Made by a program: the position numbers and the translations under genes. Below, in pieces: positions 1 through 9,817 of a stretch of 64,000 nt of DNA. Below the pieces are notes generated by a model. It searched no databases and was not told where the DNA came from. It saw nothing but the letters and a program-made list of their open reading frames with translations. Numbering within the stretch: position 1 is the stretch's first letter; every line of letters starts with the position of its first letter. Source of the stretch: Escherichia phage MIZ4; sequence record OR167180; one strand, given 5' to 3'.

Positions 1-44
1 ATTAAGCAGGTTATTCGATCACTGTCACCAGTGAAAGCCCCATA

Positions 45-1283
45 TCAGTTTAGGGAAGTAAGGTCAAAGCTCATCATCCAACGGTAAGCATTCGGCACAG
101 GTTCTTTTACGAATGCGCCAGGATAAGTCTGCTTAGGCTGTATCTTGTTCTCCGGTACTACTTTACCCTCAGCTTTCAGAGATCCGAAGATAATAGCATC
201 CCATACTTTCATCGGGTTATAAACATGGTTAAATTTAATCTTTGCATAGAAACATAGGCTATACACCAGATCGATAAATCCACGCTTTTTATCAATCGCC
301 AGCACACGGTCAACGTCGCCGATGTTATAATCTATGTAAAGTTGATGGTTATCATCACGCAATTTCTTTAACGGACCATCATAATCAACCTTACCGATTC
401 CTGTCTCATATTCAGCAACATAATCTAACGCATATGTTGGTTGAGTCGTAAAGCTAAATTTCTTGTACAGGTCAATATAATCAAGGCTTTCGATCCCCAT
501 GATCGTAAATGCTTCACGCTCGTTGCCAAAATCATCCTGTGAGATTCGGGATTTAATCTTACCGCACGGGCTTAGACGGTTAGCGGTTCTACTTCCGAAC
601 TTATTACTGATACGTTTAATGATATATGGAATATCGAATGTTTCTGTGTTCCAGCCAGTGAAACCAACGGGTCGGTTTTCCTCAAAGAATCGGATGTATT
701 CTAACAGCAATTCATCTTCTGTGTCATAGACGTTATAAACAACGCGCTCTACAATATCAGGTCGAAGAATAGACTTGCTTGCTTCCCAGATTTCACCGCT
801 TTTTCCTTTCAAATCAAATACAAAGAAACGATCATGTACGGAATCATAATGCGTAATTGCATCGATAGGATATTTCGCTTCTTCTGGTTTAGGAAATTCC
901 GGTGCAGTGACCTCGATATCAACCCATGCTACACGGATTTTATTTCGGTCATATCGAATCTCGCCTTTATATGTATCGGACAGATAGGAGATGATAAAAT
1001 CATCCATCCCTAGTGCCTCCTGCCCCATTTCTCCCATCTTTTTACGCCATTTGTTGGCCTCGTTCATAGATGGGAATTTTTTAGCAATGCAAGGCTTGCC
1101 ATAGATATCTTTATAATTCGTAACCATACCAGGCGCGGCATGATGAAATAAAGTTGGCGTATATTCAACGTAACGCTCTTGTTCTTGTCCAGCATCATCA
1201 ATATAACGCTCGTAGATCTTATCACCCACTCGCTCACATGACAGAAAATACATAATATAAACTCCTTCACTTACGAAAGACAC
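45..1283 (-). CDS. 43: DNA polymerase (family B, T4 gp43-like), N-terminal exonuclease-domain fragment; frame ends at an in-frame TGA inside motif A
   Basis: Translation aligns by eye to the T4 gp43 N-terminus (KDIYGK, FPSM, LGMDDF, DAITHYD, LDYIDLYKKFSF, IDYNIGDV, MSFDLTSL); stop at 45-47 where T4 continues YPSII. Confidence 0.85.
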   Translation of the reverse strand: MSFVSEGVYIMYFLSCERVGDKIYERYIDDAGQEQERYVEYTPTLFHHAAPGMVTNYKDIYGKPCIAKKFPSMNEANKWRKKMGEMGQEALGMDDFIISYLSDTYKGEIRYDRNKIRVAWVDIEVTAPEFPKPEEAKYPIDAITHYDSVHDRFFVFDLKGKSGEIWEASKSILRPDIVERVVYNVYDTEDELLLEYIRFFEENRPVGFTGWNTETFDIPYIIKRISNKFGSRTANRLSPCGKIKSRISQDDFGNEREAFTIMGIESLDYIDLYKKFSFTTQPTYALDYVAEYETGIGKVDYDGPLKKLRDDNHQLYIDYNIGDVDRVLAIDKKRGFIDLVYSLCFYAKIKFNHVYNPMKVWDAIIFGSLKAEGKVVPENKIQPKQTYPGAFVKEPVPNAYRWMMSFDLTSLN

Positions 1284-1335
1284 TCATTATAGGGGAATCG
1301 ACTTAGTTTGTCAATACCCCTATCCCATCAGTATC

Positions 1336-1698
1336 TTAGCGTCCGATCTGATATTTCTCGATCAGCGTCCACTCTTCTTTCTGTTTGAAAGACAGTACAC
1401 GGAAATTATTAACTTCGGTAGTTTCAAAATCACTATCAATCAGGGTACACAGATTCCACTGCGCAAGAAGTTTTGCAATGTTATTACGGCGCAATTCATC
1501 TTCCCACGTCATTTTAACACTACGACCATCTAATTTCAACAACTCCTTGAAATGAACGATGTAATAGCGCCCTTTCTTCTGGAGAATATGACAAGACTGA
1601 TACAGCGTCTTGTCTCGATTGTTGGCAATGCCGCAGCGGGTTAAAGTTTCCTTAATTTTAAGGAAGTTTTCAGGACTAATCAAATTAATTTCAATCAT
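1336..1698 (-). CDS. regA: translational repressor RegA
   Basis: 120 aa; KETLTRCGIANN, LYQSCHILQKKG, YIVHFKE, NNFRVLSFKQK match T4 RegA; lies between 62 and 43 as in T4. Confidence 0.85.
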   Translation of the reverse strand: MIEINLISPENFLKIKETLTRCGIANNRDKTLYQSCHILQKKGRYYIVHFKELLKLDGRSVKMTWEDELRRNNIAKLLAQWNLCTLIDSDFETTEVNNFRVLSFKQKEEWTLIEKYQIGR

Positions 1699-1699
1699 T

Positions 1700-2278
1700 T
1701 TACCACCTTTCTATAATCTTTTTAAGTCGTTTCCTTTCTGTCTGATTCTTAGTAACACCCGCCAAAAGTTCATCGGTCGCATACGGTTTAATGTGCTTCA
1801 ATAACTTGTCCATATATCCCTTTTCATTAGCCAAATCGAGATAAAACCGGGCGTCATCCATATTTACACAATATGCTTTCGCCACTGCCATTAAAACCAA
1901 TTTTTGGTCCAATTCTTCTGTTAGTTTAGCCCATTTACCGTATCGTTTCCCCTTAGAAATACTCTGTAAGAGATAATCAAAATGCATTTGATCTGGGAGG
2001 CCATGACCGATTAAATTCATCACATACGCGCTATATAGGCAATCTGCGTGCTGGGAAAGAGCGGTGTTAATCCATCTCTGGTTATATGCAGAATTGTTTC
2101 CCACATTAACACGCTGTTTATCTAAGGTGATATGATCCATCAGAGCAAATAATGCATTGTCGGTTTTCTCGGTGAATGTGTCAGCTAATTCAGACACCTT
2201 TTCCCAATCACGAGAGCGCCATGCAATTTCATGCTCGTTTAATTGTGTATCATCTTCACCGAAAAATTGACCTAACAT
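1700..2278 (-). CDS. 62: clamp-loader small subunit gp62
   Basis: 192 aa; QLNEHEIAW, YGKWAKL and synteny 44-62-regA-43; start overlaps the gp44 stop. Confidence 0.8.
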   Translation of the reverse strand: MLGQFFGEDDTQLNEHEIAWRSRDWEKVSELADTFTEKTDNALFALMDHITLDKQRVNVGNNSAYNQRWINTALSQHADCLYSAYVMNLIGHGLPDQMHFDYLLQSISKGKRYGKWAKLTEELDQKLVLMAVAKAYCVNMDDARFYLDLANEKGYMDKLLKHIKPYATDELLAGVTKNQTERKRLKKIIERW

Positions 2279-3252
2279 TATACGAACTCCAATTCAACCA
2301 TTAATTGCATTAACAAAAAGACAATGTGAATCTCTTTATCAGCCGCGTGCGCAAACATCTGATTATTTTCACCGATAATCTCAGTGAGACGAATAATAGA
2401 AGCTGGCTTAACTTGAGTATACAACTCATTATAAAGTTTCTTGACAAATTGAGCGTATGTATTGGTATATCGCGGTGCAAGTTTACGTACATTAGCAAAC
2501 TGTTTAGTTTTAAGTGCTTCCACCACATCGGTTACTTCGGTATTGCTACTTTCGATAACCATGCTCAATACGCCAGCATCAATTTTACCATGTTTAGCGT
2601 AGCGGTCCAAAAGTTTCATTACGCGTCGGAAGTCTGGGAAGTTCTGCTTAACCAGTTCCGCTAATACGCGCATTTCTTCTACTGGCACACCTTCTTTATC
2701 AAGAATTGCTTTACACCGGACGATCATTTCTTTCATCATGCGAAGCTGATCATCTTTAGTCGGAGATCCAAACGTGATGGGATCAAATCGAGATCGTAAC
2801 GCTGGGATAATACCTTCTAGATCGTTTGCTGTGATAATGAATGTCACATTGTTTGAGTATGCCTCAGAGAAACTACGCAAGTGTCTTTGAGCGTCAGCTA
2901 GCCCCGCTCGGTCATACTCATCGATAATAACAACTTTGCCTTTTTCTCGTTTTTCTTCATCGAGTGATACACTCTGCGCAAAGCGTGTAATCTCATCGCG
3001 GATAAAATCAATCTTACAATCTGCGCCGTTAACAAACAGATAATCAACACCCACATCTTCGCAAAGTGCCTTAGCAACGGTTGTTTTACCAGTACCCGGC
3101 GATGGGCTATGCAGGATCATAGAAGGGATTCGGCCTTGCTTAACAATCTGCGCGAAGATCTTTTTATCTGCTTCCGGCAGAATACATTCAGAAATTGATT
3201 TCGGACGGTATTTCTGTTCCCACTGAAACTCATTTTCATTAACACTCAGCAT
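2278..3252 (-). CDS. 44: clamp-loader ATPase gp44 (AAA+)
   Basis: EQKYRPK, Walker A SPSPGTGKTT, VIIDEYDR; start taken at MLSVNENEF by comparison with T4. Confidence 0.85.
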   Translation of the reverse strand: MLSVNENEFQWEQKYRPKSISECILPEADKKIFAQIVKQGRIPSMILHSPSPGTGKTTVAKALCEDVGVDYLFVNGADCKIDFIRDEITRFAQSVSLDEEKREKGKVVIIDEYDRAGLADAQRHLRSFSEAYSNNVTFIITANDLEGIIPALRSRFDPITFGSPTKDDQLRMMKEMIVRCKAILDKEGVPVEEMRVLAELVKQNFPDFRRVMKLLDRYAKHGKIDAGVLSMVIESSNTEVTDVVEALKTKQFANVRKLAPRYTNTYAQFVKKLYNELYTQVKPASIIRLTEIIGENNQMFAHAADKEIHIVFLLMQLMVELEFV

Positions 3253-3317
3253 ATAATCACCTCTCACAAATTACATCATTAAAACGGGGAGTATTTACAC
3301 TCCCCACAAACATTATA

Positions 3318-4004
3318 TTAGTCGGTGTAGCTGGAGTCAAGGTCACACGCGATCATATAAGATACGGTTTCACTTGCCAGCCATACAGCCTTACGGCGAG
3401 TGAAGCTCAGTTTGTAATCGCCGAAGTCAGTAGCAACCAGTTTCATGTTATCTTTACGAATAAAGAAATGGAAGTCTGCGGTTCCGGTATATTCGCCCAT
3501 ATCAAGACAAAACATCTCATTAGGATTATTTTTGTCAATCTCTTCCCAACCTTTGATCATCAGACGACCATCAATCGGAAGAAATTCAAGGCGGTCCACT
3601 TTAAGCTGATTGCTCATTTTCATAAGCTGTTTCAGATCGTCGTTGCTCAGTTCGTAATCTACATCGCTTGCAGGTGGAGTAACTCGGCCTTTCGGTGATA
3701 CGATAGCGGCAGCACTAGCACCAGGATAATTAATTTTCAGACGATCATTAGACACACGAATGTTTCCGGTGCGGTCATCAACCGTAATATCTGCTTCATC
3801 GCCCACCAGATTCAGAATACCCAAGAAAGAGTTAAGATCATAGATCCCAATTTCGTGTTCCAGTTCTTGATTCAGAGTCGCTTCACCATATACAACGTTT
3901 GTCATGTTTTTGGTGATCAGGACGTTTCCTTTTTTCAGGATGATACCTGGGTTAATAGCGGAAAAGTTTTTCAGGGTAGCAATGGTTTCTTTAGTCAGTT
4001 TCAT
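3318..4004 (-). CDS. 45: sliding clamp gp45
   Basis: 228 aa; MKLTKETIATLKNFSAINPGI versus T4 MKLSKDTTALLKNFATINSGI; IYDLNSFLGILNLV. Confidence 0.85.
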   Translation of the reverse strand: MKLTKETIATLKNFSAINPGIILKKGNVLITKNMTNVVYGEATLNQELEHEIGIYDLNSFLGILNLVGDEADITVDDRTGNIRVSNDRLKINYPGASAAAIVSPKGRVTPPASDVDYELSNDDLKQLMKMSNQLKVDRLEFLPIDGRLMIKGWEEIDKNNPNEMFCLDMGEYTGTADFHFFIRKDNMKLVATDFGDYKLSFTRRKAVWLASETVSYMIACDLDSSYTD

Positions 4005-4034
4005 CAAATCACCTTTATCATGTTAATCAATTAA

Positions 4035-4412
4035 TTATGGGTTTACTGCGTGTTCGTTACGAATCTTGAGCATTTTGTTTTGGAAGTTTTCCGCAGCTTG
4101 CTCATCAATAGCATGAGTATACTTAAATCCAATGTATGCTGTCAAGTATTGTTGCAGAGCATAGACAGTAACAGGATTCTTTGCGGTCTTCTTGCCTTCG
4201 AGATATATCAGATCACCACGAACATCAAACGCAAGTTTACGACGAATCACATTATCAACAAACTCATCAACAACAAAATGCCAAATGTTGCTATCGGTTC
4301 CAATATCAAAATTAACCACACAGCCATGTTTGACATAATCAAACGGTATCGGGAATAGTTTATAGTCAAGTTCGATAAACATTAATTGTTCTTTTAAGCT
4401 CATACGTTTCAT
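4035..4412 (-). CDS. hypothetical protein at the rpbA position
   Basis: ORF with GGGAAGTG RBS before MKRMSLK; position between 45 and 46 as T4 rpbA; no motif recognised. Confidence 0.35.
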   Translation of the reverse strand: MKRMSLKEQLMFIELDYKLFPIPFDYVKHGCVVNFDIGTDSNIWHFVVDEFVDNVIRRKLAFDVRGDLIYLEGKKTAKNPVTVYALQQYLTAYIGFKYTHAIDEQAAENFQNKMLKIRNEHAVNP

Positions 4413-4416
4413 TCTA

Positions 4417-4794
4417 TCACTTCCCATCAGCAATTGCGATCAGACGAGTTACTACTACGCTAGCGGCTTCAATCAGCAGTTCATCAGTGTCAATCTGATA
4501 ACCCTTTTCGAGAATATCTTTACCTCGAATAGTTTTAGCGCCTTTAGCAATTGAATCATCGTAATACTTGCGCATTGCCGCGATCCATTCTTTTTGCACC
4601 ATATCATCAATATGCGCGTACAGTTCAAAGCGTGCTTGCTGCGGGATAACCTTCATTTTAGCTTTCTCGCTTTCCGGCATTTGTAGTACCCACGCTTTAC
4701 GGATCTTGTTCATTGCTCGGTCAAATTCGAGGCTGGTTTTCTTGTTCTGAATGTCTGCTACAGTAATTTTAGCCAGGTTTGCGGAAGTAGTCAT
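4417..4794 (-). CDS. hypothetical protein
   Basis: ORF with GGAG RBS before MTTSANL; tight packing. Confidence 0.35.
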   Translation of the reverse strand: MTTSANLAKITVADIQNKKTSLEFDRAMNKIRKAWVLQMPESEKAKMKVIPQQARFELYAHIDDMVQKEWIAAMRKYYDDSIAKGAKTIRGKDILEKGYQIDTDELLIEAASVVVTRLIAIADGK

Positions 4795-4824
4795 AATATT
4801 AATCTCCAAAATAAAATCAGTATA

Positions 4825-5055
4825 TCACGTTCTAAAGTTTGTTGCAACCCCAGCATCAGGGTAATCAAGTTTATCAAAGTTGGGGACCAGCATAAACTCA
4901 TGATGACGACAAGACAACATTTTTGTTATGTCTTCATCGCTGTATATGCTGTTTTTCATATCCCCCATACTAACTACATATTCTTCACCGGAATATAGAT
5001 TGATTAAGGTATACAATTCTAACTCCGGCTGCGTTACTCTGTCAAATGTTAACAT
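4825..5055 (-). CDS. hypothetical protein
   Basis: 76-aa ORF between 46 and 45, start overlaps the gp46 stop. Confidence 0.3.
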   Translation of the reverse strand: MLTFDRVTQPELELYTLINLYSGEEYVVSMGDMKNSIYSDEDITKMLSCRHHEFMLVPNFDKLDYPDAGVATNFRT

Positions 5056-6724
5056 TCATTTCAGTGAATCGCCCACGTTTAACCATCTTGAGATGACGGC
5101 TAAAATCATCAGGGTTATGGTCACGATGGCTGATAATATACACGTTATCATCTAACTTGTCAATGATGGAATCAAGTGCTTTTACGCCTTGAACGTCCGT
5201 AGCCCCATCATAAATTTCGTCGAGTACCAACAAAGAAATATTAGTACCAGATACCTTACCAGCAACATCACGCCATGTAAAGAGCATCGCAAGGTCAATA
5301 CGTGCTTTTTCTCCTTGACTGAATGATGTATACGAAAACGATTCACGCCCCCGTGATTTAATTGTTTCGTTAAACTCTTCATCTAACGTAAAGATATAAT
5401 CAGCTTCCATGATATCAAGATAATACGCAATCCGATCATTGAAATATGGAATATATTTCTTGACGATAGACGCCTTAACACCGGAATCCTTCAACATTTC
5501 TGTTACAAATCCACGGTGATATTTTTCAAGAACTAGCTTTGATTTTTCATTAGTAATCTCTACCAGTTCGTGTTCCAGTTTAGCAAGTTCTTCGGAATTG
5601 TCAACCCTTTCTTTTTGTAATTCCTGAATTGCTTTCTGGATCTGTTTAGCCCGACCTACAGATGCCGTTAAATTCGCTCTCTGTGACTCTATAGCGCGTT
5701 TAATTTCCAAGACCTTAGTTTGTGCTGTCTGGAAAGAATTGGCCTTCTCTGCGTATTCTACGCGTTTCTCGTCAATCAGAGACAGTTTATGTTCTGCTTG
5801 TGCTTTTTGTTCGCGTACAGCTTGATCATTACCCTGAATGATCGGTTGTGTGCACGTAGGACAGACCCCGCCTTTCTCATGCATATGAATAACACGGTCA
5901 AAGTTCTGGATCTGCGCACCAATCTGTGCGATAGCCGTATTAATTTTAGCCAATGCCGCGCTAGGATCTTCCGGCATAACAACAGCCAATAGCTCATCGG
6001 TCAAGCGCGTTTCTTCGGCTTTAAATGCTTTAGCCGATTCTACCTCTTTATCATACATATTCTGTAAACGCTGGAGATTCTCGGCACTCGCCTTGCTAGC
6101 GTCTTCTATGTACTTTTTATGAGTGTTGATTTGTTGCTGAACGTGATTAGCTTTCATTTCCTGCATTTGGATATTCTGGGTTATCTCGCGCACATACGCT
6201 TTATTCAGTTTATCCATTTCTCCCAATGTGGCAATATCAAGCAAATCCTCGACCAGCTTACGGCGACCCGCTGCCGGAAGACTCATAAACGGAACATAAC
6301 CAGCAGTGCCTAAAACAACGATCTGTTTAAAGCTGGCTAGGTTCATGCCTATGATACCTTCAAAATATTCCTGAAAGTCTTTGGTGCTTGCGCTCTCGTC
6401 GATCTTTTGTCCGTCGCGATGCACTTCGAATACTTCCGGCTTTTGTCCACGTTTAATATAAAATTCTTTCCCGTCCAGTTCAAACCAGACTTCGACTAAC
6501 AGTTTCTTTTTGTTGACGCTGTTAATCAATTGGCCTTTCTTGATACTACGAAACGGTTTACCAAACAATACAAAGCAAAGCGCCTCAATCATGGTCGATT
6601 TACCAGCACCGTTAACACCAGTGATTAGTGTCTTTTTGAATCCGTCTAGCTGAATCTCAACAGGTTCAGCACCCACGCTCATTATATTTTGATAGCGCAA
6701 GGTTTTAAAATTTAACTTTGCCAT
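5042..6724 (-). CDS. 46: recombination endonuclease subunit gp46 (SbcC/Rad50-like ATPase)
   Basis: NIMSVG, Walker A GVNGAGKST, long coiled-coil middle, C-terminal YIFTLDEEFNETIKSRGRE..FSQGEKARIDLAMLFTWRD..LVLDE matches T4 gp46 almost residue for residue. Confidence 0.85.
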   Translation of the reverse strand: MAKLNFKTLRYQNIMSVGAEPVEIQLDGFKKTLITGVNGAGKSTMIEALCFVLFGKPFRSIKKGQLINSVNKKKLLVEVWFELDGKEFYIKRGQKPEVFEVHRDGQKIDESASTKDFQEYFEGIIGMNLASFKQIVVLGTAGYVPFMSLPAAGRRKLVEDLLDIATLGEMDKLNKAYVREITQNIQMQEMKANHVQQQINTHKKYIEDASKASAENLQRLQNMYDKEVESAKAFKAEETRLTDELLAVVMPEDPSAALAKINTAIAQIGAQIQNFDRVIHMHEKGGVCPTCTQPIIQGNDQAVREQKAQAEHKLSLIDEKRVEYAEKANSFQTAQTKVLEIKRAIESQRANLTASVGRAKQIQKAIQELQKERVDNSEELAKLEHELVEITNEKSKLVLEKYHRGFVTEMLKDSGVKASIVKKYIPYFNDRIAYYLDIMEADYIFTLDEEFNETIKSRGRESFSYTSFSQGEKARIDLAMLFTWRDVAGKVSGTNISLLVLDEIYDGATDVQGVKALDSIIDKLDDNVYIISHRDHNPDDFSRHLKMVKRGRFTEMNVNI

Positions 6725-6968
6725 TAATCCACTCCGCAATCACACATTCCATAATATTAAATGCTAACACATCTTCATCAATGTTGTAAACACTTGCCGC
6801 CTTCACTTTAACTAATGTGTCTCTGCGATCTGGCAACATGATCACATAATCCAGTGTCGCCGGATCATATGTCATAAAGGGATCAACATAAATCCCTTTA
6901 TTCAATGCCAGATATTCGCGAAGACCTTCTATAACCCTGTGTCTAAGGTAGGTCATCGATAGAATCAT
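6705..6968 (-). CDS. hypothetical protein
   Basis: 87-aa ORF between 47 and 46. Confidence 0.3.
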   Translation of the reverse strand: MILSMTYLRHRVIEGLREYLALNKGIYVDPFMTYDPATLDYVIMLPDRRDTLVKVKAASVYNIDEDVLAFNIMECVIAEWINGKVKF

Positions 6969-7561
6969 TTTAGTTTATGTTCCTCTAAAAATTCTTCAAT
7001 TTCACCTTGCAGGTCTTCCGCTTGTTGTTCCAGAATATCGCGAAATTCACCTACAGTCAAGCGGTAATCACACTTCACTAGTCGATGCGGGAGAATATAC
7101 CCTTTATACATTGTCTCTGACGCTTCCAGGAATACCCCACTATGCATGACAGAGATCCAACCTGTTAGCGTCAATGGAGTATTCGGAAAATAATACTTGC
7201 TGGATTGTTTCCACTGGACGAAAGCACCATATACAATCGGATTATATTCACCAACCACACTCTTAATAATGGATTCTACTTTGTCTTTTACAAAGTCGCC
7301 AATGCCCATAGTCACCATCAACTCTTGTGGGTGAATCACTTTAAGGTAACGACGGTAGCCGTCATCATACCACAGCTTAACCACTGGCTGACCCCACATT
7401 TTAGCAATACGCGCTTTCAGATAACCATAGATCGGATTCTTGTAATATGATTGTTTTAGTGTGTATGCGTGCACCAATTCAATAAAATATTCCATTGCTA
7501 TCGAATCAGGATCAGCCGCGACCATAGTCGTATTCATAATATGTTCCTCGTTCAATTTCAT
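6965..7561 (-). CDS. hypothetical protein
   Basis: 198-aa ORF, overlapping start/stop with neighbours. Confidence 0.4.
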   Translation of the reverse strand: MKLNEEHIMNTTMVAADPDSIAMEYFIELVHAYTLKQSYYKNPIYGYLKARIAKMWGQPVVKLWYDDGYRRYLKVIHPQELMVTMGIGDFVKDKVESIIKSVVGEYNPIVYGAFVQWKQSSKYYFPNTPLTLTGWISVMHSGVFLEASETMYKGYILPHRLVKCDYRLTVGEFRDILEQQAEDLQGEIEEFLEEHKLK

Positions 7562-7829
7562 ATTGTTTCAGGTCTTCTAAAAGTTCATCCACTGCTTGTT
7601 TCAGTGTATGACGCAGCGTAAAGTAATAGCTTTCATCAAATTCTATTTCCGCGCGAGGAATAGAGCGAATCTTACACTTAACAGTAGTATCGGTGAGTCG
7701 CTTTTCGACCATCATCCGAACTTCTTCATGCTCTTTGGAATACCATACATCAACGGAGATTCCCTTACGGCGAGCGAACATAGGCAACGCTGCATTAAAT
7801 TCCATTACTTTTTGTGCAAGTGTTTTCAT
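7512..7829 (-). CDS. hypothetical protein
   Basis: 105-aa ORF. Confidence 0.35.
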   Translation of the reverse strand: MKTLAQKVMEFNAALPMFARRKGISVDVWYSKEHEEVRMMVEKRLTDTTVKCKIRSIPRAEIEFDESYYFTLRHTLKQAVDELLEDLKQYEIERGTYYEYDYGRG

Positions 7830-8089
7830 CGTACAGACTCCATAGATCCACGGGCAATTACATTCTGGGTAATATCAGCAATCTTACGGGATACGATATT
7901 TGTTAGCCCCTCTTTGGTGATATTTTCACGATCAAATGGGATTTCGTCATGAGTCCATAAACCATAGTTAGACCGAAATGATAGCATATACTGACCATCT
8001 CGCACAACCTCAAATACATGGATCTTAGTGAATTTCGATAAACCTTCGTTGATTTCTTTCAGTGCATTAGTAATCATAACAACCTCCAA
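7826..8089 (-). CDS. hypothetical protein
   Basis: 87-aa ORF immediately downstream of promoter cassette 8103-8131. Confidence 0.35.
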   Translation of the reverse strand: MEVVMITNALKEINEGLSKFTKIHVFEVVRDGQYMLSFRSNYGLWTHDEIPFDRENITKEGLTNIVSRKIADITQNVIARGSMESVR

Positions 8090-8102
8090 TCAATTTTTAT
8101 AG

Positions 8103-8131
8103 AGTATAACGGGGATTTCTCCCCGCGTCAA
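8103..8131 (-). promoter_or_regulatory. sigma70-like early promoter cassette, TTGACG-17-TATACT, spacer palindrome CGGGGAGAAATCCCCG
   Basis: minus strand reads TTGACG CGGGGAGAAATCCCCGT TATACT. Confidence 0.55.
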
Positions 8132-9157
8132 CTAACTTTTTGCGCTATTTACTTCGGCTAAAAGTTCATCAGAAATACGCTTGACCGCCGCAAGTTCTTC
8201 CGGTTCTAGGTTTTGTTCTTCCAGATATTCATAGACCATCTGAATAGTGCTTTTAACTTCAATAACACCTGTTTCCTGTGATGCGCTACTCTCCAGCTTA
8301 TGGACCACTTTTAGCTTGTGTACAACGGCCTCTAACGCGCTTTCTAACTTAGTTAACCCATTATCAGCGACCGTTGCGATAAGACGCACACTAAGCCCCT
8401 TAAAGCGTTCTACATCGATTTTATCATCTGACGGGTAAGTGATACGCACATGATAAGTTTTGTCATTCTGGATAAACTCTTTTTTGTGTGTATCGGTATC
8501 GAATACCCAAAACCCACGCGGATCGTTTTCGTCACCCGCCGTTAGTGTGTATGGTGTACCTATATACGTTACGTTACCGCCATCACTGATAGTATGAAAG
8601 TGACCCGAAAACACTTCACGGTATTTCTTTAGGAAGTCCGCGCTATAACCTTCGGATTTTAGCCCTTTATAGAAATAGTAACCGGACAATTCCCAATGGC
8701 CTACACAATATTCGCTGAATGAGTTTTGAATAAACTCTAAAATCTCTGATTTATTGTCATCACAAAACCACGGGAACAGATCAAATGATACACCATCAAA
8801 GGTGACTGTTTCCGGCTTATCAATAACCTTAATGCAATCATACTGGCTTAACACTTCACGCGGTGCGTTAGGCTGGATCTTGTTTCGTTTAAACATATCA
8901 TGATTCCCAACCGTGATATAACAAGTAATACCAGCCTCTTCCAGTAGCGGGATGATTTTCGTTCTATTAAAACGCATAGTTGCATGTGTGATTGCTTTTC
9001 GGCAATCAAACCAGTCCCCTGTCTGAATCCATGCCTTAATATTATGTTTTTTTGAATAATCGACTGCCTTTTTAATAGTATCAAGAATATACTCATGTAT
9101 CCACGGATCATCGTTGCCGATACCAGTATGCAGATCACCCAAAAGCAAAATTTTCAT
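8132..9157 (-). CDS. 47: recombination nuclease gp47 (Mre11-like phosphoesterase)
   Basis: MKILLLGDLH, TGDWFD, VGNHD, GHWE, GHFH, GTPYTLTAGDENDPRGFW match T4 gp47. Confidence 0.85.
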   Translation of the reverse strand: MKILLLGDLHTGIGNDDPWIHEYILDTIKKAVDYSKKHNIKAWIQTGDWFDCRKAITHATMRFNRTKIIPLLEEAGITCYITVGNHDMFKRNKIQPNAPREVLSQYDCIKVIDKPETVTFDGVSFDLFPWFCDDNKSEILEFIQNSFSEYCVGHWELSGYYFYKGLKSEGYSADFLKKYREVFSGHFHTISDGGNVTYIGTPYTLTAGDENDPRGFWVFDTDTHKKEFIQNDKTYHVRITYPSDDKIDVERFKGLSVRLIATVADNGLTKLESALEAVVHKLKVVHKLESSASQETGVIEVKSTIQMVYEYLEEQNLEPEELAAVKRISDELLAEVNSAKS

Positions 9158-9172
9158 ATTATACATAATCTC

Positions 9173-9727
9173 CTAAAAATTTTTAACACCATATTCACCA
9201 AAATAAAGATCAACCGCTTTGTCATAAGCTCTGGCCGCATCTTCTTCGTTGACATAATACCCAAGAGATATTAGTTTATCATTATTTCGTATTCTTGCAA
9301 CCCATTTCTTCGTATGTTTATGCCAGCTAACCCCTTTATACTTGCTTGCTTTATTCTTGTACTTTCCAACGTTACAAGCATTTTTCTTTGCGTCGGACTC
9401 TCTAAGATTGCGTGGTGCGTTGTTTAAAGGATTTCGGTCTATATGATCTATAATTTCTGGTTGTGTTCCATGCTCAAGAAACCATACAATACGATGTACA
9501 TATGGCTTTAAAACCCTCCCATTATCCATAACAATTGCAATTTGGAGATGATCCTGACTTTTAAAAGTTTTTACTTTATCTCCTGCCTTATAAAACTTTC
9601 CTTCGTAATTCTTTCCTCCGGCTCGGCTATTCTTTAAATGATAAAGAATACCATCGTCGTCATGTCTATATCTTTCTCGTATAATTCGTTGCGTTTCTTC
9701 ATCCCACAATTTGGAACGTCTACTCAT
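9173..9727 (-). CDS. freestanding HNH homing endonuclease with C-terminal AP2-type DNA-binding domain
   Basis: HNH motif IDHIDRNPLNN; AP2-like YKGVSWHKHTKKWVARIR..LGYY..EEDAARAYDKA; sits where T4 has a-gt. Confidence 0.75.
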   Translation of the reverse strand: MSRRSKLWDEETQRIIRERYRHDDDGILYHLKNSRAGGKNYEGKFYKAGDKVKTFKSQDHLQIAIVMDNGRVLKPYVHRIVWFLEHGTQPEIIDHIDRNPLNNAPRNLRESDAKKNACNVGKYKNKASKYKGVSWHKHTKKWVARIRNNDKLISLGYYVNEEDAARAYDKAVDLYFGEYGVKNF

Positions 9728-9817
9728 AGTCTCTTCCTCTCTTCGTTTTCGATGCTCTCACTATATCACAGAAAAATAAAAAGGGAAACCCCTTTCAGAG
9801 TCTCCCTTATAAAGCCA

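Noticed and set aside
1-47. Intein in the DNA polymerase
   Set aside because: An intein would stay in frame. Here an in-frame stop follows motif A directly and no frame continues the polymerase sequence.
499-729. Plus-strand ORFs in the track lying inside minus-strand genes (for example 499-729, 2326-2664, 10210-10722, 13646-13927, 17150-17527, 21102-21557, 23535-24038, 25145-25579, 38455-38670)
   Set aside because: They are antisense to well-supported genes with recognisable motifs, lack plausible RBSs, and fit the pattern of shadow ORFs.
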